64,000 bases of DNA. Origin: Acidimicrobiia bacterium UBA5794 (lineage in GTDB: Bacteria; Actinomycetota; Acidimicrobiia; Spongiisociales; UBA5794). The stretch covers positions 3,848 through 67,847 of the forward strand of contig DIDS01000019.1 of assembly GCA_002418265.1 (NCBI GenBank), written 5' to 3'. The translations under genes were made by a program, and so were the position numbers. Below, one piece after another: positions 48,282 through 57,766 of this stretch. A model generated the notes under the pieces. That model did no database searches, was not told the origin of the DNA, and worked only from the letters and a program-made list of their open reading frames with translations. How positions within the stretch are numbered: position 1 is the stretch's first letter; each line of letters opens with the position of its first letter.

Positions 48282-49694
48282 CTAAGAAGTTGGTGAAATC
48301 TGAGAGTGGGAATGAGCGCTCTGGGGCAGGACAAACCCCACTTCGGCGCCGGAACCATCGGTTCGGTTTCGTGCGAACACGTAGCCCCCGTGATCGGTGA
48401 CGATCTGCTCCACGATCGAAAGCCCAAGACCTGAACCTGGTGTCGACCTGGCGGTGTCGGATCGATAGAAGCGTTCGAACACGTGGCCGATATCAGATTC
48501 TGAAAAACCGGGGCCAGAATCTCTCACCGTAACCGAACCGGTCTCAACAACGACCGAAATGTCGGCGTTGGGTGGGGACCACTTGTCGGCGTTCGACACA
48601 ATGTTCGCAACTGCACGTTCCAGGGCGACCGGTTTCCCTTCAATTGTCGTATCGTCAGCATCGATGACGATCGACCGCCCGTTTCGTCGCATCGTCCGCT
48701 CAGCGACGACACCGACGACTTCGGCGAGCAGAACCGACGATATCGGCTCTTCCTCGTATCGATCAGTTGCAAGATCAACCACCTCGGCAACGAGTGCGGA
48801 CAGTTCCTCGACCTCAGCGTGGGCAGCATTGAGCATCCTCATACGCTCTTCACCGCGAACATCATGACGTTGGAGAATCTCAAGGTTCGTGCGGAGAGCC
48901 GTCAACGGGGTTCGGAGCTCATGTCCGGCATCTCGCACAAGTCTGGTCTGCTGTTGCTTGGCCGAATCGAGTTCCGACAGCAGTTCGTTGAAGGCCGTGG
49001 CGAGCTGTGCAACCTCGTCGGTGCCTTTGACAGCAAGACGAGCGCCAAGTGCACGGTCGTTGGCAATACCAGCGATCGAATCCTCAAGCTCTGCGATCGG
49101 CTTGACGGCACTGCGTGCAACGATCCAGCCGAGACCGCCTGCGAGCATCACACCGAGGGCTCCGGCGATCGCAAGCATCCAGGCAAAACGACGAAGGGTT
49201 TCGTCCGCTTCGGTGAGGGGACGACCAACCTGCAGAACGGTGTCTTCGGACGGCAGACTCAAGGCTGCGATGCGTATGTGCGACCCACTGATCCATATCG
49301 ATCGAAAGTGGATCGTATCTGGGCTGAGGGATGCGGGGTTTGGCAGAGGCAGCTCAAGGGTGTCCTCACCAATGTTGATCACCCGGCCGTCGTGGATGAT
49401 CTGGACATAGGCAGCATCAAACTCGACCGGTGTCGCCCGGCCAAAAAGACCACCGACGTCTCGCGGGAACCGCGGTCGTGGAATTCTCACCGAACCATCG
49501 GGGCCAATGCTCAAGACTCCAAACAGCTCGATCACAGGAACGGCTGCATAACCCTCAATCCGAGTTGCGAGGCTGTCATCGATCGGGCCGAGCACCTGTG
49601 CCCTCGCGCCGAGATAGGTCACAACGGAGATGATGACCACCGTCACGGCAACAGCTGCCGCCGACGCCAGCGCGATCCTTCGCCTGATGGTCAT
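48282..49694 (-). CDS. HAMP sensor histidine kinase (MprB-like)
   Basis: [28 protein letters not shown] and GSGLGL. Confidence 0.93.
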   Translation of the reverse strand: MTIRRRIALASAAAVAVTVVIISVVTYLGARAQVLGPIDDSLATRIEGYAAVPVIELFGVLSIGPDGSVRIPRPRFPRDVGGLFGRATPVEFDAAYVQIIHDGRVINIGEDTLELPLPNPASLSPDTIHFRSIWISGSHIRIAALSLPSEDTVLQVGRPLTEADETLRRFAWMLAIAGALGVMLAGGLGWIVARSAVKPIAELEDSIAGIANDRALGARLAVKGTDEVAQLATAFNELLSELDSAKQQQTRLVRDAGHELRTPLTALRTNLEILQRHDVRGEERMRMLNAAHAEVEELSALVAEVVDLATDRYEEEPISSVLLAEVVGVVAERTMRRNGRSIVIDADDTTIEGKPVALERAVANIVSNADKWSPPNADISVVVETGSVTVRDSGPGFSESDIGHVFERFYRSDTARSTPGSGLGLSIVEQIVTDHGGYVFARNRTDGSGAEVGFVLPQSAHSHSQISPTS

Positions 49695-50380
49695 GTGTCC
49701 GAGCGCAGTACGTACCCCACACCGCGAACGGTGTGAATGATGCGCGGCTTGCCGCCCTCTTCCGTCTTCCGTCTGAGATATCCGACGTACACATCAAGCG
49801 AGTTTGATGACGTGAGAAAGTCGATGCCCCAGATCTCTTCATAAATCGTGTCGCGGTCAAGGACAATTCCTGGCCTCCGTGCGAGGAGAACCAACAGGTC
49901 AAACTCGGTTTTCGTGAGGGCAACCGCGTCCCCGCCTCGGGTCACGGTACGTGCCCCTGGATCGATGACCAGATCTTCAAATTTGATGACTTGTGAGACG
50001 TCGCCTGTCGAGCGCCTCAGCAGCGCCCGGACGCGTGCCAAGAGTTCGTCGAGCGCAAAGGGCTTTGTCACATAGTCGTCGGCACCGGCGTCAAGGCCCT
50101 CGACCCGGTCGCCTACAGCGGCCTTTGCTGTCAGCATCAGAATCGGAATGTCGTCGCCAGATGCGCGAATCCGACGGCATGTTTCGATCCCATCGACGTG
50201 AGGCATCATGACATCGAGCAGGATGAGATCGAATTTGTCTTCCCGAACCATTGACAGGGCAACGCCACCATCACGAGCGGTTTCGACCGTATACCCCTCA
50301 AATCCCAGGGCACGCTCAAGCGCGTCGCGCACACCAGGATCGTCCTCGACAACGAGGATGCGTGCATCATTGGCTTCCAT
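49691..50380 (-). CDS. OmpR family response regulator (MprA-like)
   Basis: [23 protein letters not shown] and TVRGVGY. Confidence 0.94.
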   Translation of the reverse strand: MEANDARILVVEDDPGVRDALERALGFEGYTVETARDGGVALSMVREDKFDLILLDVMMPHVDGIETCRRIRASGDDIPILMLTAKAAVGDRVEGLDAGADDYVTKPFALDELLARVRALLRRSTGDVSQVIKFEDLVIDPGARTVTRGGDAVALTKTEFDLLVLLARRPGIVLDRDTIYEEIWGIDFLTSSNSLDVYVGYLRRKTEEGGKPRIIHTVRGVGYVLRSDT

Positions 50381-50485
50381 GCACCAAGCCTACGACACAG
50401 GTGTGAAAGTGCAGTAAACGATGGATGAGGGGACGATAAGACACGACGCTGAGATGCGACCCCCCATCCGATAGCCTCACCACGC

Positions 50486-51343
50486 ATGACATGGACCATC
50501 CAAGATCGCACGGTGCTGATCACCGGCGGAAACAGCGGATTGGGCATGGCCACAGCGTCGCTCCTCGCCGAACGGGGAGCCAGAGTCGTCATCACCGCTC
50601 GTGATACCACAAAGGGCGACGCCGCGGCCCGTGCTATTGAAAGGGAAACCGGAAGAATGGTCGCTGTCATGCACCTTGATCTTGCTGATCTTTCGTCGGT
50701 ACGTTCCTTTGCCGCCAGTTTCACCTCAAGCCATGACGATCTCGCCGTTCTCATCAACAACGCTGGGGGCGTCTTTGGATCACGCAGAGAAACCGCTGAT
50801 GGGTTTGAGATGACCATCGGAACGAACCACCTCGGTCCCTTCCTGCTCACCAACCTCCTGACCGATCTGCTCGTTCGGTCGGCACCGTCACGCATCATCA
50901 ATGTGGCATCGGTCGCCCACACCTACGCGAAGGACGGAATTCGTTTTGATGACTTCATGTGGGAAGACACCCGCTACAGGCAGATGTATGTGTACGGCCA
51001 CTCGAAACTCGCCAACATCCTCCATGCACGCGAATTGAACAACCGTCTCGCTGATCGGGAGGTGACTGCATATTCGGTCCATCCAGGGTTGGTGAAGACG
51101 GGATTTGGCGGAGGTGGCGACAGCTTCATCGTTGGCCTTGTCGTCAAGCTCGCACGACGTCGCTTCGCGACACCGTCGGACGGCGCAGCCACGACTGTCT
51201 TCCTGGCAACCGACTCCGACGTCGTTGCTGACGCCGGTGGTTATTTTGTGGATTGTGCCCTTTCGAAGTCCACCCGTCATGCCAAGGATGATGATCAGGC
51301 CGCTCGGCTCTGGAACTTGTCTGGGTCGTACGTTGGCAGCTGA
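50486..51343 (+). CDS. SDR oxidoreductase (retinol dehydrogenase-like)
   Basis: TGGNSGLG, NNAG, NHLGPF and YGHSK. Confidence 0.93.
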   Translation: MTWTIQDRTVLITGGNSGLGMATASLLAERGARVVITARDTTKGDAAARAIERETGRMVAVMHLDLADLSSVRSFAASFTSSHDDLAVLINNAGGVFGSRRETADGFEMTIGTNHLGPFLLTNLLTDLLVRSAPSRIINVASVAHTYAKDGIRFDDFMWEDTRYRQMYVYGHSKLANILHARELNNRLADREVTAYSVHPGLVKTGFGGGGDSFIVGLVVKLARRRFATPSDGAATTVFLATDSDVVADAGGYFVDCALSKSTRHAKDDDQAARLWNLSGSYVGS

Positions 51344-51388
51344 CGAATTCGTGTACCAAACGGGGTGAGATGACTCGACGGCGATCAC

Positions 51389-51907
51389 TCAACCGGGGAA
51401 TGGCCACCGTGCGTTGAGATTGAGATCAAGGACGATGTTCAACACGACCGTGACAACGAGCCAAAGGCTCCAGCCAAGTGCCATCGTGCCGATCGTCTTT
51501 GGTGTCGAGATGTCAAGACCCTCGCGAAAGGCGACAACCGCAGCCACGAGCATCCATGCAGCACCGGGAAAGCCAAGCCACGGAATGACCCCGATGGCAA
51601 GCGGAGTGAACGCAAAGCCGATGACCCGGAGCATCGCCGGGTAGGTCGCGTCGCCGCCGAAGAGCCGGGTGCCGATCAACCACGACGCAAGGCTCCAAAG
51701 CAACCAACCGATCACTCCCGCAACGATGCTCCCCAACACCACGGCGGGGACGCTCACATCCTCAAGCGCTATCGCCGAACCAACACCGGCAAGCCCCGAC
51801 GCGACCACGACGATGATTCCAGCCTGGCCCGTCAGTCGTGTGTCGACTTCAGCGGCGTTGTAGAAATCGACATCGAGCAGCACAGCCCGGATTGCGTTTC
51901 GAATCAC
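51389..51907 (-). CDS. YIP1 family membrane protein
   Basis: IGTRLFGGDATY..LRVIGFAFTP; TATGCT lies 6 nt before the GTG. Confidence 0.75.
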   Translation of the reverse strand: MIRNAIRAVLLDVDFYNAAEVDTRLTGQAGIIVVVASGLAGVGSAIALEDVSVPAVVLGSIVAGVIGWLLWSLASWLIGTRLFGGDATYPAMLRVIGFAFTPLAIGVIPWLGFPGAAWMLVAAVVAFREGLDISTPKTIGTMALGWSLWLVVTVVLNIVLDLNLNARWPFPG

Positions 51908-51992
51908 CCGGAAAGCATACGGCGGACATCGGACGTCGGGCATCCCCCACCACAGCCTGACGAAGCGATCGTCACCGTGGGAAACTGTGGCC

Positions 51993-52670
51993 ATGGAAGT
52001 CAGACATCTTCAAGGCATCGATGGCGCCCGATCAGCCGAGGGAGTCACGATCGTTGTCGATACCTTCAGGGCATTTTCAACCGCAGCGTACGCGCAGGCC
52101 AAAGGGGTAGGACCGCACTATCTCACCGACACCCTCGATCAGGCACGCGAGCTTGCAAGCCGACACCGCGGCGCGGTTCTCTGCGGTGAGTCCAAGGGCA
52201 TCAAGCCATCTGACTTCGACATAGGTAACTCACCGGCCGAGGTTCTGGGAAACGATGTAGGCGGCCGTGTCTTCATACAGCGAACATCGGCAGGCACCCG
52301 ATGTGTCCTTGCTGCCCTCGGATCGGCATCGGTGGTGTATCCAGCCAGTCTCGTCGTGGCATCAGCGACAGCAGCCAGTGCTGTTGGAGCCGACCTTGTG
52401 ACGATCGTTGCCTGCGGTCGCCACGGATCAGGCTGGGCGATGGAGGACGACGCGACCAGTCGACTCATCGACAACTTGATGCACGGTGGTGGGGATCCCG
52501 ATGGCGTTTCACTGACGATCGCGACGAGTGAGTCAGCGGATCGGCTCATCGCTGCCCCGTGGGCACACCCAGGCGATGTCGCTCTTTGCACCGACGTCGA
52601 TCGGTTCGACTTCACCATGGTGGCCACGCAACACAGTCCAGGAACCGCCACACTGGCAATCATTCAATAG
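51993..52670 (+). CDS. 2-phosphosulfolactate phosphatase (ComB) family protein
   Basis: VVDTFRAFST, CGE, DIGNSP and RTSAGT. Confidence 0.88.
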   Translation: MEVRHLQGIDGARSAEGVTIVVDTFRAFSTAAYAQAKGVGPHYLTDTLDQARELASRHRGAVLCGESKGIKPSDFDIGNSPAEVLGNDVGGRVFIQRTSAGTRCVLAALGSASVVYPASLVVASATAASAVGADLVTIVACGRHGSGWAMEDDATSRLIDNLMHGGGDPDGVSLTIATSESADRLIAAPWAHPGDVALCTDVDRFDFTMVATQHSPGTATLAIIQ

Positions 52671-52749
52671 GATCGTGGCCCATCAACTTGATTTCGCGGT
52701 CTCATGCTGATCGCTTAAGATTGACGGATGCATCTCCGATAAGACGATT

Positions 52750-52917
52750 ATGAGACTGTTCAAACGCGGTACAACAGACAAGCGGGCGGACCGCAAGCAC
52801 GTTGAGAATGTCAATGATCGCTTGCGCTCCCTGGTCTCGAAAGACACTGAGTACGAAGACCCGGGCAACGTTGAGAATCGGCTTCGCAACATGAACTACG
52901 GGACTTCACGCAAGTAG
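52750..52917 (+). CDS. Putative small protein, 55 aa (not in the ORF track)
   Basis: MRLFKRGTTDKRADRKHVENVNDRLRSLVSKDTEYEDPGNVENRLRNMNYGTSRK; fills the gap and stops 3 nt from the convergent doxX stop. Confidence 0.5.
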   Translation: MRLFKRGTTDKRADRKHVENVNDRLRSLVSKDTEYEDPGNVENRLRNMNYGTSRK

Positions 52918-52920
52918 CCC

Positions 52921-53430
52921 TCAGGCCGTCAATCTTCCACGCTCTGGTCTGAAGAACACAACAAGCTGCAACGCCGCGGCGAGGATGCCTATCCCAACTG
53001 CGGCCAGCCCATACCACCCATCAAGGATCACATCGATCTCAGCGATCCGATCGATCGATACCTTGCCCGGTCCGATCATCGCAAGAGCGGCTGCAGCGGC
53101 AGTCAACGTGAGGACATATTCGTAACCCTCATCGGGACGAGCAGTGATCCAGAATCCCGCGGCACGGTGCACGGAAACGAATGCGACGGTCATGATCCCG
53201 ACCAGACCGGCCACCGCAAGAGAAGTTCCAAGGCCCACGATCAGCAGCACACCCACACCGATCTCGGTTGCCGTTGATGCAAACCACTGAAGCTGAGGCG
53301 AGCGGAAGCCGATTGACCCGAACCAACGACTCGTCTTCTCGCGGCCGCGGGCGTGCTTGATTCCGTGGGCAAGCATGACGGTGCCCAACACAACCCTGAG
53401 AATCAGCGCCGCAACATCAATCGGTTCCAT
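52921..53430 (-). CDS. DoxX family membrane protein
   Basis: LILRVVLGTVMLAHGIK, EGYEY and GPGKVSID. Confidence 0.9.
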   Translation of the reverse strand: MEPIDVAALILRVVLGTVMLAHGIKHARGREKTSRWFGSIGFRSPQLQWFASTATEIGVGVLLIVGLGTSLAVAGLVGIMTVAFVSVHRAAGFWITARPDEGYEYVLTLTAAAAALAMIGPGKVSIDRIAEIDVILDGWYGLAAVGIGILAAALQLVVFFRPERGRLTA

Positions 53431-53505
53431 CAAACCTCCACAGTTATGAACGGAAACAGACCACAGATCATTCCGCTGGCTGTGAGCTGAAAGCTGTGAG
53501 CTCCA

Positions 53506-54075
53506 CTAAGTCAGCCCCTCGACGATGAACCGGTGCATGTCGACGGCGAGTTCGGAGCGACTGAGTCTGCCACGAGGCGTGTACCAGCGCTGAATCGCAT
53601 TCAGCATCGAGAGGACATAAATCCCAGACAGGGTCGCGTCGACATCAGCGCGAAATGTCCCGTCATCGATGCCCCTTTGGATTGTCGTGCGAAATACCAT
53701 CTCATAGGCATTCCTCATCTTCGTGATCCGACGACGATCCGGATCCTCCACGAAGTCTGCTTCCGCAAGGAAGGTTCGAGCCTCACTCGAGTGATCAACA
53801 AGCACATCGATGTGGCCAGAAATAAGTAGACGAAGGGTTTCGGACGGATCGGTCTCGGCCGAAAGGGCGGCTTCGGCCGAGGCACTGAAGAGATCCGAGG
53901 CACGCTCGACAACCGCAACGAGGAGCTCTTGCTTGCCACCGACATGGGAGTAGATCGACGATCCGAGGATTCCTAGGTCATCACCCAGATCCCGCATCGA
54001 CGTGCCGTGGTAGCCATGGGTTGCGAAGCGTTTTCCCGACGCGATGACGATGTCGTCGCGGGTGAGCCTGCTCAT
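53506..54075 (-). CDS. TetR family regulator (PaaR/KstR2-like)
   Basis: HGYHGTSMRDL..SIYSHVGGKQELL and RWYTPRGRLS; coupled to paaE. Confidence 0.9.
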   Translation of the reverse strand: MSRLTRDDIVIASGKRFATHGYHGTSMRDLGDDLGILGSSIYSHVGGKQELLVAVVERASDLFSASAEAALSAETDPSETLRLLISGHIDVLVDHSSEARTFLAEADFVEDPDRRRITKMRNAYEMVFRTTIQRGIDDGTFRADVDATLSGIYVLSMLNAIQRWYTPRGRLSRSELAVDMHRFIVEGLT

Positions 54076-55163
54076 ACGTCGTAGGTGAGCTCGACAACTT
54101 CGCTCACCGGGTGGGATTGACACGTGAGGATCTGGCCTGCGGAAACTTCTTCTTTGCTCAGACTCCAATTCTTGTCCATGCGAACCTCCCCACTTGTCAC
54201 CTGGGCTCGGCATGACGCACACGCACCCGAGCGACAGGAAAAAGGACCGTCGGGACGAATTGCAAGCACATGATCAAGAATGGGGGCTCCATCCATCGCG
54301 ACCGTCACAGTCGAGGTCCGACCCCTCAGAGTGAACCTGACCGTCGCGCCCTCGGCGTCGTCTTGGGCAACCGTGGCCTCAGTGACCTCGCCTGCGTAGA
54401 ACAACTCGTCATGTATGTCATCAACGGAAACACCATTGGCTGTGAGGACTTCTGTCGCCGACTGGACCATGCCCCGCGGGCCACACAGGTACCACCCGGC
54501 AACATCTGCGGGATCGATGATCGTCTTGAGCATCCGTTGTAGCTTCTGGGCATCGATCCGACCCTCGAACAACTCGACCTCGTGGAACTCCCTGCTCAAC
54601 ACATGGAGGAGAACAAAACGGGATGGGTGCTGCCCTTTGAGTGCATCGAGCTCGTCGAGGAACATGACCGATCCACCGTCCTTGTTTCCATACACGAGCG
54701 TGAACATGGACGAAGGTTCGAATGCGAGCACCGATCTGATCATCGACAGGATCGGCGTGATCCCGCTCCCTGCCCCGATCGCGACATAGTGATTCCGATT
54801 GCTTCGGCTCGGGGTCAGGGTGAATTCGCCTGTGGGTTGTGTCACCTCAATTGCATCCCCGACCTTGAGACGCTCGTGGACATAGGTTGAGAACACTCCA
54901 CCTGGCAGATGCTTGATCCCGACGGTCGGTCTCGTGGTGCCGGGTGCGGAGCAGATGGAGTAACTCCTGCGCACGTCCTCCCCGTCGATCGTCGCCCGCA
55001 GGATGAGATGTTGACCCGGTATGTGTTCAAAGACGTGTGCAATTTCGGAAGGGATCTCGAAAGAAACGGCTACGGCGTCACTGGTCAGCGGTTCGATTGC
55101 CGCGACGGTCACGCTGTGGAACTCGACACCAGCCTGCTTGGTACTTGACGCTGCGTCCGTCAT
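54072..55163 (-). CDS. paaE: Phenylacetyl-CoA epoxidase reductase subunit
   Basis: RRSYSIC, GSGITP, LCGP and CRSGACASC...LTCQ [2Fe-2S]. Confidence 0.94.
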   Translation of the reverse strand: MTDAASSTKQAGVEFHSVTVAAIEPLTSDAVAVSFEIPSEIAHVFEHIPGQHLILRATIDGEDVRRSYSICSAPGTTRPTVGIKHLPGGVFSTYVHERLKVGDAIEVTQPTGEFTLTPSRSNRNHYVAIGAGSGITPILSMIRSVLAFEPSSMFTLVYGNKDGGSVMFLDELDALKGQHPSRFVLLHVLSREFHEVELFEGRIDAQKLQRMLKTIIDPADVAGWYLCGPRGMVQSATEVLTANGVSVDDIHDELFYAGEVTEATVAQDDAEGATVRFTLRGRTSTVTVAMDGAPILDHVLAIRPDGPFSCRSGACASCRAQVTSGEVRMDKNWSLSKEEVSAGQILTCQSHPVSEVVELTYDV

Positions 55164-55642
55164 CAGATGGCCTTGAAGTAGTCGAAGGGTTCGCCACACG
55201 ACGTGCAGACCCACAAAGATTTGCAAGCAGTCGATCCGAACTCCGATACTTTCGCCGTTCCCGTCGACGAGCACCGTGGGCACAAGATCTCCGGAACGAT
55301 GTTCAACACCGAATCCGGAGGTGCAATGCCGAAGCCAGCCAGTTTCTGCTTCGCCTCGGGAGTGAGCCACTCCGTTGTCCAGACCGGAGAGTGCCTGATT
55401 TCAACGGTGACATCGTGGATGCCTGCATCTGCAAGTGCCGCAACGATGTCCTCTTCTATGACCCCGAGTGCCGGACAACCCGAGTACGTCGGGGTGATCT
55501 CGACGGTGACGGCGCCGTTGGCGCCAATCGTCACGTCGCGCAGAATCCCGATGTCGGCGATCGTCAGAACCGGGATCTCGGGATCGACGACCGCGTCGAG
55601 TAGTCGAGTCATCTCCTCAACGGTGTGAGCTGTTGTTTTCAC
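55163..55642 (-). CDS. paaD: Phenylacetyl-CoA epoxidase subunit D
   Basis: DPEIPVL, TPTYSGCPA and CPRC...FGSTACK...EPFDYFK. Confidence 0.95.
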   Translation of the reverse strand: MKTTAHTVEEMTRLLDAVVDPEIPVLTIADIGILRDVTIGANGAVTVEITPTYSGCPALGVIEEDIVAALADAGIHDVTVEIRHSPVWTTEWLTPEAKQKLAGFGIAPPDSVLNIVPEILCPRCSSTGTAKVSEFGSTACKSLWVCTSCGEPFDYFKAI

Positions 55643-56403
55643 CACGATGCCCCCGGATACGCGCGCTGGAGCCACTGCATCTCGGCGAGCAGGCGACCGA
55701 GATGCTCTGTGTGTCTTCCCGAACGGCCTCCCGTCGCCTGATATGGATCTTCAGGACGCGTGAGCGTCGCTTCTTCAAGAGCGGCGTCCACGGTGGCATC
55801 CCACTGAGGTCGAGTTGTTGCGATTTCAAACACAACTCCGGCGTCGATCAATGCAGGATCGACATCTGATGGCTCGAACAACTCACCGGTGAAACGCCAC
55901 ATCTCATCGATCGCCGCCTGCATCCGAGTGTGACTTTCGACGGTTCCGTCCCCAAGCCTGACGACCCAGCTTCGAGCATGTGTCACGTGGTACGTCGCCT
56001 CCTTGAGCGCCCGAGCTGCGATTCCTGCAAGCCGTTCATCTGATGATCTGCTCAGCTGTTCCCACAGGAGTGTCTGACACACGCCGAACAAGAATGCCCT
56101 CGCAACGATGTGGGCAAAGTCCGTGTTTGGCTGTTCAACGATGAGAGCATTGGTGAACTCTCGCTCCCCGCGCCACATCGAATAGGTATCGACCGAAGCA
56201 TCTCCCCCAGCAATCTCGGCGGCATACTCGTAAAGGTGCATCGCAACGCCAATATGGTCCAATGCGCCATTTGCGATCGCGAGGTCTTCTTCGAGTTCTG
56301 GCGCGGACGAGATGTACTCGCCAAGCCGCTGACCGAGAATCGTGTTGTCGTCAGCGTGCCTCAACAGCACCTCAACCAACGCCGCATCTGCAGCATCGGT
56401 CAC
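55639..56403 (-). CDS. paaC: Phenylacetyl-CoA epoxidase subunit C
   Basis: APELEEDLA, KEATYH, RLGDGT and GRHTEHLG. Confidence 0.95.
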   Translation of the reverse strand: MTDAADAALVEVLLRHADDNTILGQRLGEYISSAPELEEDLAIANGALDHIGVAMHLYEYAAEIAGGDASVDTYSMWRGEREFTNALIVEQPNTDFAHIVARAFLFGVCQTLLWEQLSRSSDERLAGIAARALKEATYHVTHARSWVVRLGDGTVESHTRMQAAIDEMWRFTGELFEPSDVDPALIDAGVVFEIATTRPQWDATVDAALEEATLTRPEDPYQATGGRSGRHTEHLGRLLAEMQWLQRAYPGASW

Positions 56404-56741
56404 AGCTGACCGACCTCGTCGGGAATCTCGTAGAAAGTCGGGTGGCGGTATGGCTTGTCATCCGCCGGCTCGAACATCGATGCTGGATCGTCCGACGCGT
56501 GAATCGCCGATGAGGGAACAACCCACAGACTTGCCGTCCCGCCCAACCGGGTATAGGCATCACGAGCGTTCAGAACTGCTGAGTCGGCATCGGCTGCATG
56601 AACGGAACCACAGTGGGTGTACGCCAAACCCCGCTTGGGACGCATGAATACCTCCCACAGCTGCCAACCGGTTGACTGATCACCATCAACGGGAATCTCG
56701 TCCACCGATTCCCCTTCTGCCAGCGGAACGTCGTAGCTCAT
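56400..56741 (-). CDS. paaB: Phenylacetyl-CoA epoxidase subunit B
   Basis: WEVF, GSVHA, ARDAYTR and DKPYRHPTFY. Confidence 0.95.
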   Translation of the reverse strand: MSYDVPLAEGESVDEIPVDGDQSTGWQLWEVFMRPKRGLAYTHCGSVHAADADSAVLNARDAYTRLGGTASLWVVPSSAIHASDDPASMFEPADDKPYRHPTFYEIPDEVGQL

Positions 56742-56751
56742 TGTGTGCCCC

Positions 56752-57693
56752 TCATGCGACCTTGACCTTGTCTGATGCATGCTTTGCTGCGTATGCAGTG
56801 GCTGCTTCCCGCACCCACGCCCCGTCTTCCCATGCCTTTTTCTTGTGAGCGATACGTTCACGATTCATCGGCCCGTCGCCGGAAACCACTGCCCAGAACT
56901 CATCCCAGTCGATTTCACCGAAGCGCCAGTGGCCGGACTCCTCATCGAAGTGGAGATCCGGGTCCGGGAAGGTGATTCCGAGATACTCACCTTGAGGAAC
57001 GGTCTGGTCGACATAGAACTGACGCAGATCGTCATTTGACATGCGTTTTATCTTCCAATCCATCGACTGTTCGCTATGTGTCGACTCACTGTCGTGGGGT
57101 CCGAACATCATGAGAGCTGGCCACCACCACCGATCAACGGCATCCTGGAGCATCTTGCGCTGGTCGTCCGTGCCCTTGGCCAGTGTCATCAAGATCGAGT
57201 ATCCCTGACGGGCGTGGAAACTCTCCTCCTTGCAAATCCGAACCATCGCCCTGGCGTACGGTCCGTACGAGGCGCCCTGCAACATGATCTGGTTGACAAT
57301 CGCAGCACCGTCGACGAGCCACCCGATGACGCCAATATCGGCCCATGACAGCGTTGGGTAGTTGAAGATCGACGAGTACTTCTGTCGCCCGGAGTGCAGC
57401 ATCTCTTGGAGCTCGTCACGTGAGACGCCAAGTGTCTCGGCGGCGGAATAGAGGTACAACCCGTGGCCAGCCTCATCCTGGACTTTGGCCATGAGAATCG
57501 CCTTGCGGAGCAGGGTCGGGGCCCGAGTGATCCAATTCCCCTCCGGCTGCATCCCGATCACTTCTGAATGGGCATGTTGTGCGATCTGTCGAATCAGGGT
57601 GTTTCGGTAGGCGTCCGGCATCCAGTCGCGTGGTTCGATCTTTTCATCTGCAGCGATCATCTCGTCGAACGTGGCCTGATGCTCAGAAACCAT
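56752..57693 (-). CDS. paaA: Phenylacetyl-CoA epoxidase subunit A
   Basis: [24 protein letters not shown] and CKEESFH; GAGGAGG SD. Confidence 0.97.
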   Translation of the reverse strand: MVSEHQATFDEMIAADEKIEPRDWMPDAYRNTLIRQIAQHAHSEVIGMQPEGNWITRAPTLLRKAILMAKVQDEAGHGLYLYSAAETLGVSRDELQEMLHSGRQKYSSIFNYPTLSWADIGVIGWLVDGAAIVNQIMLQGASYGPYARAMVRICKEESFHARQGYSILMTLAKGTDDQRKMLQDAVDRWWWPALMMFGPHDSESTHSEQSMDWKIKRMSNDDLRQFYVDQTVPQGEYLGITFPDPDLHFDEESGHWRFGEIDWDEFWAVVSGDGPMNRERIAHKKKAWEDGAWVREAATAYAAKHASDKVKVA

Positions 57694-57723
57694 ACGGTGC
57701 GCCTCCTCGGTTACCACCTAGCC

Positions 57724-57743
57724 TAACAAACGGTCGTTTGTTA
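57724..57743. promoter_or_regulatory. Probable PaaR (TetR) operator
   Basis: Perfect palindrome TAACAAACG-GT-CGTTTGTTA, 30 bp upstream of paaA. Confidence 0.8.
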
Positions 57744-57766
57744 CAGAGACGATGACTTCGCAACCG

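Noticed and set aside
51993-52670. Coenzyme M biosynthesis
   Set aside because: Only a ComB-family gene is present, with no comA, comC, comD or comE; the family is widespread with broad phosphatase activity.
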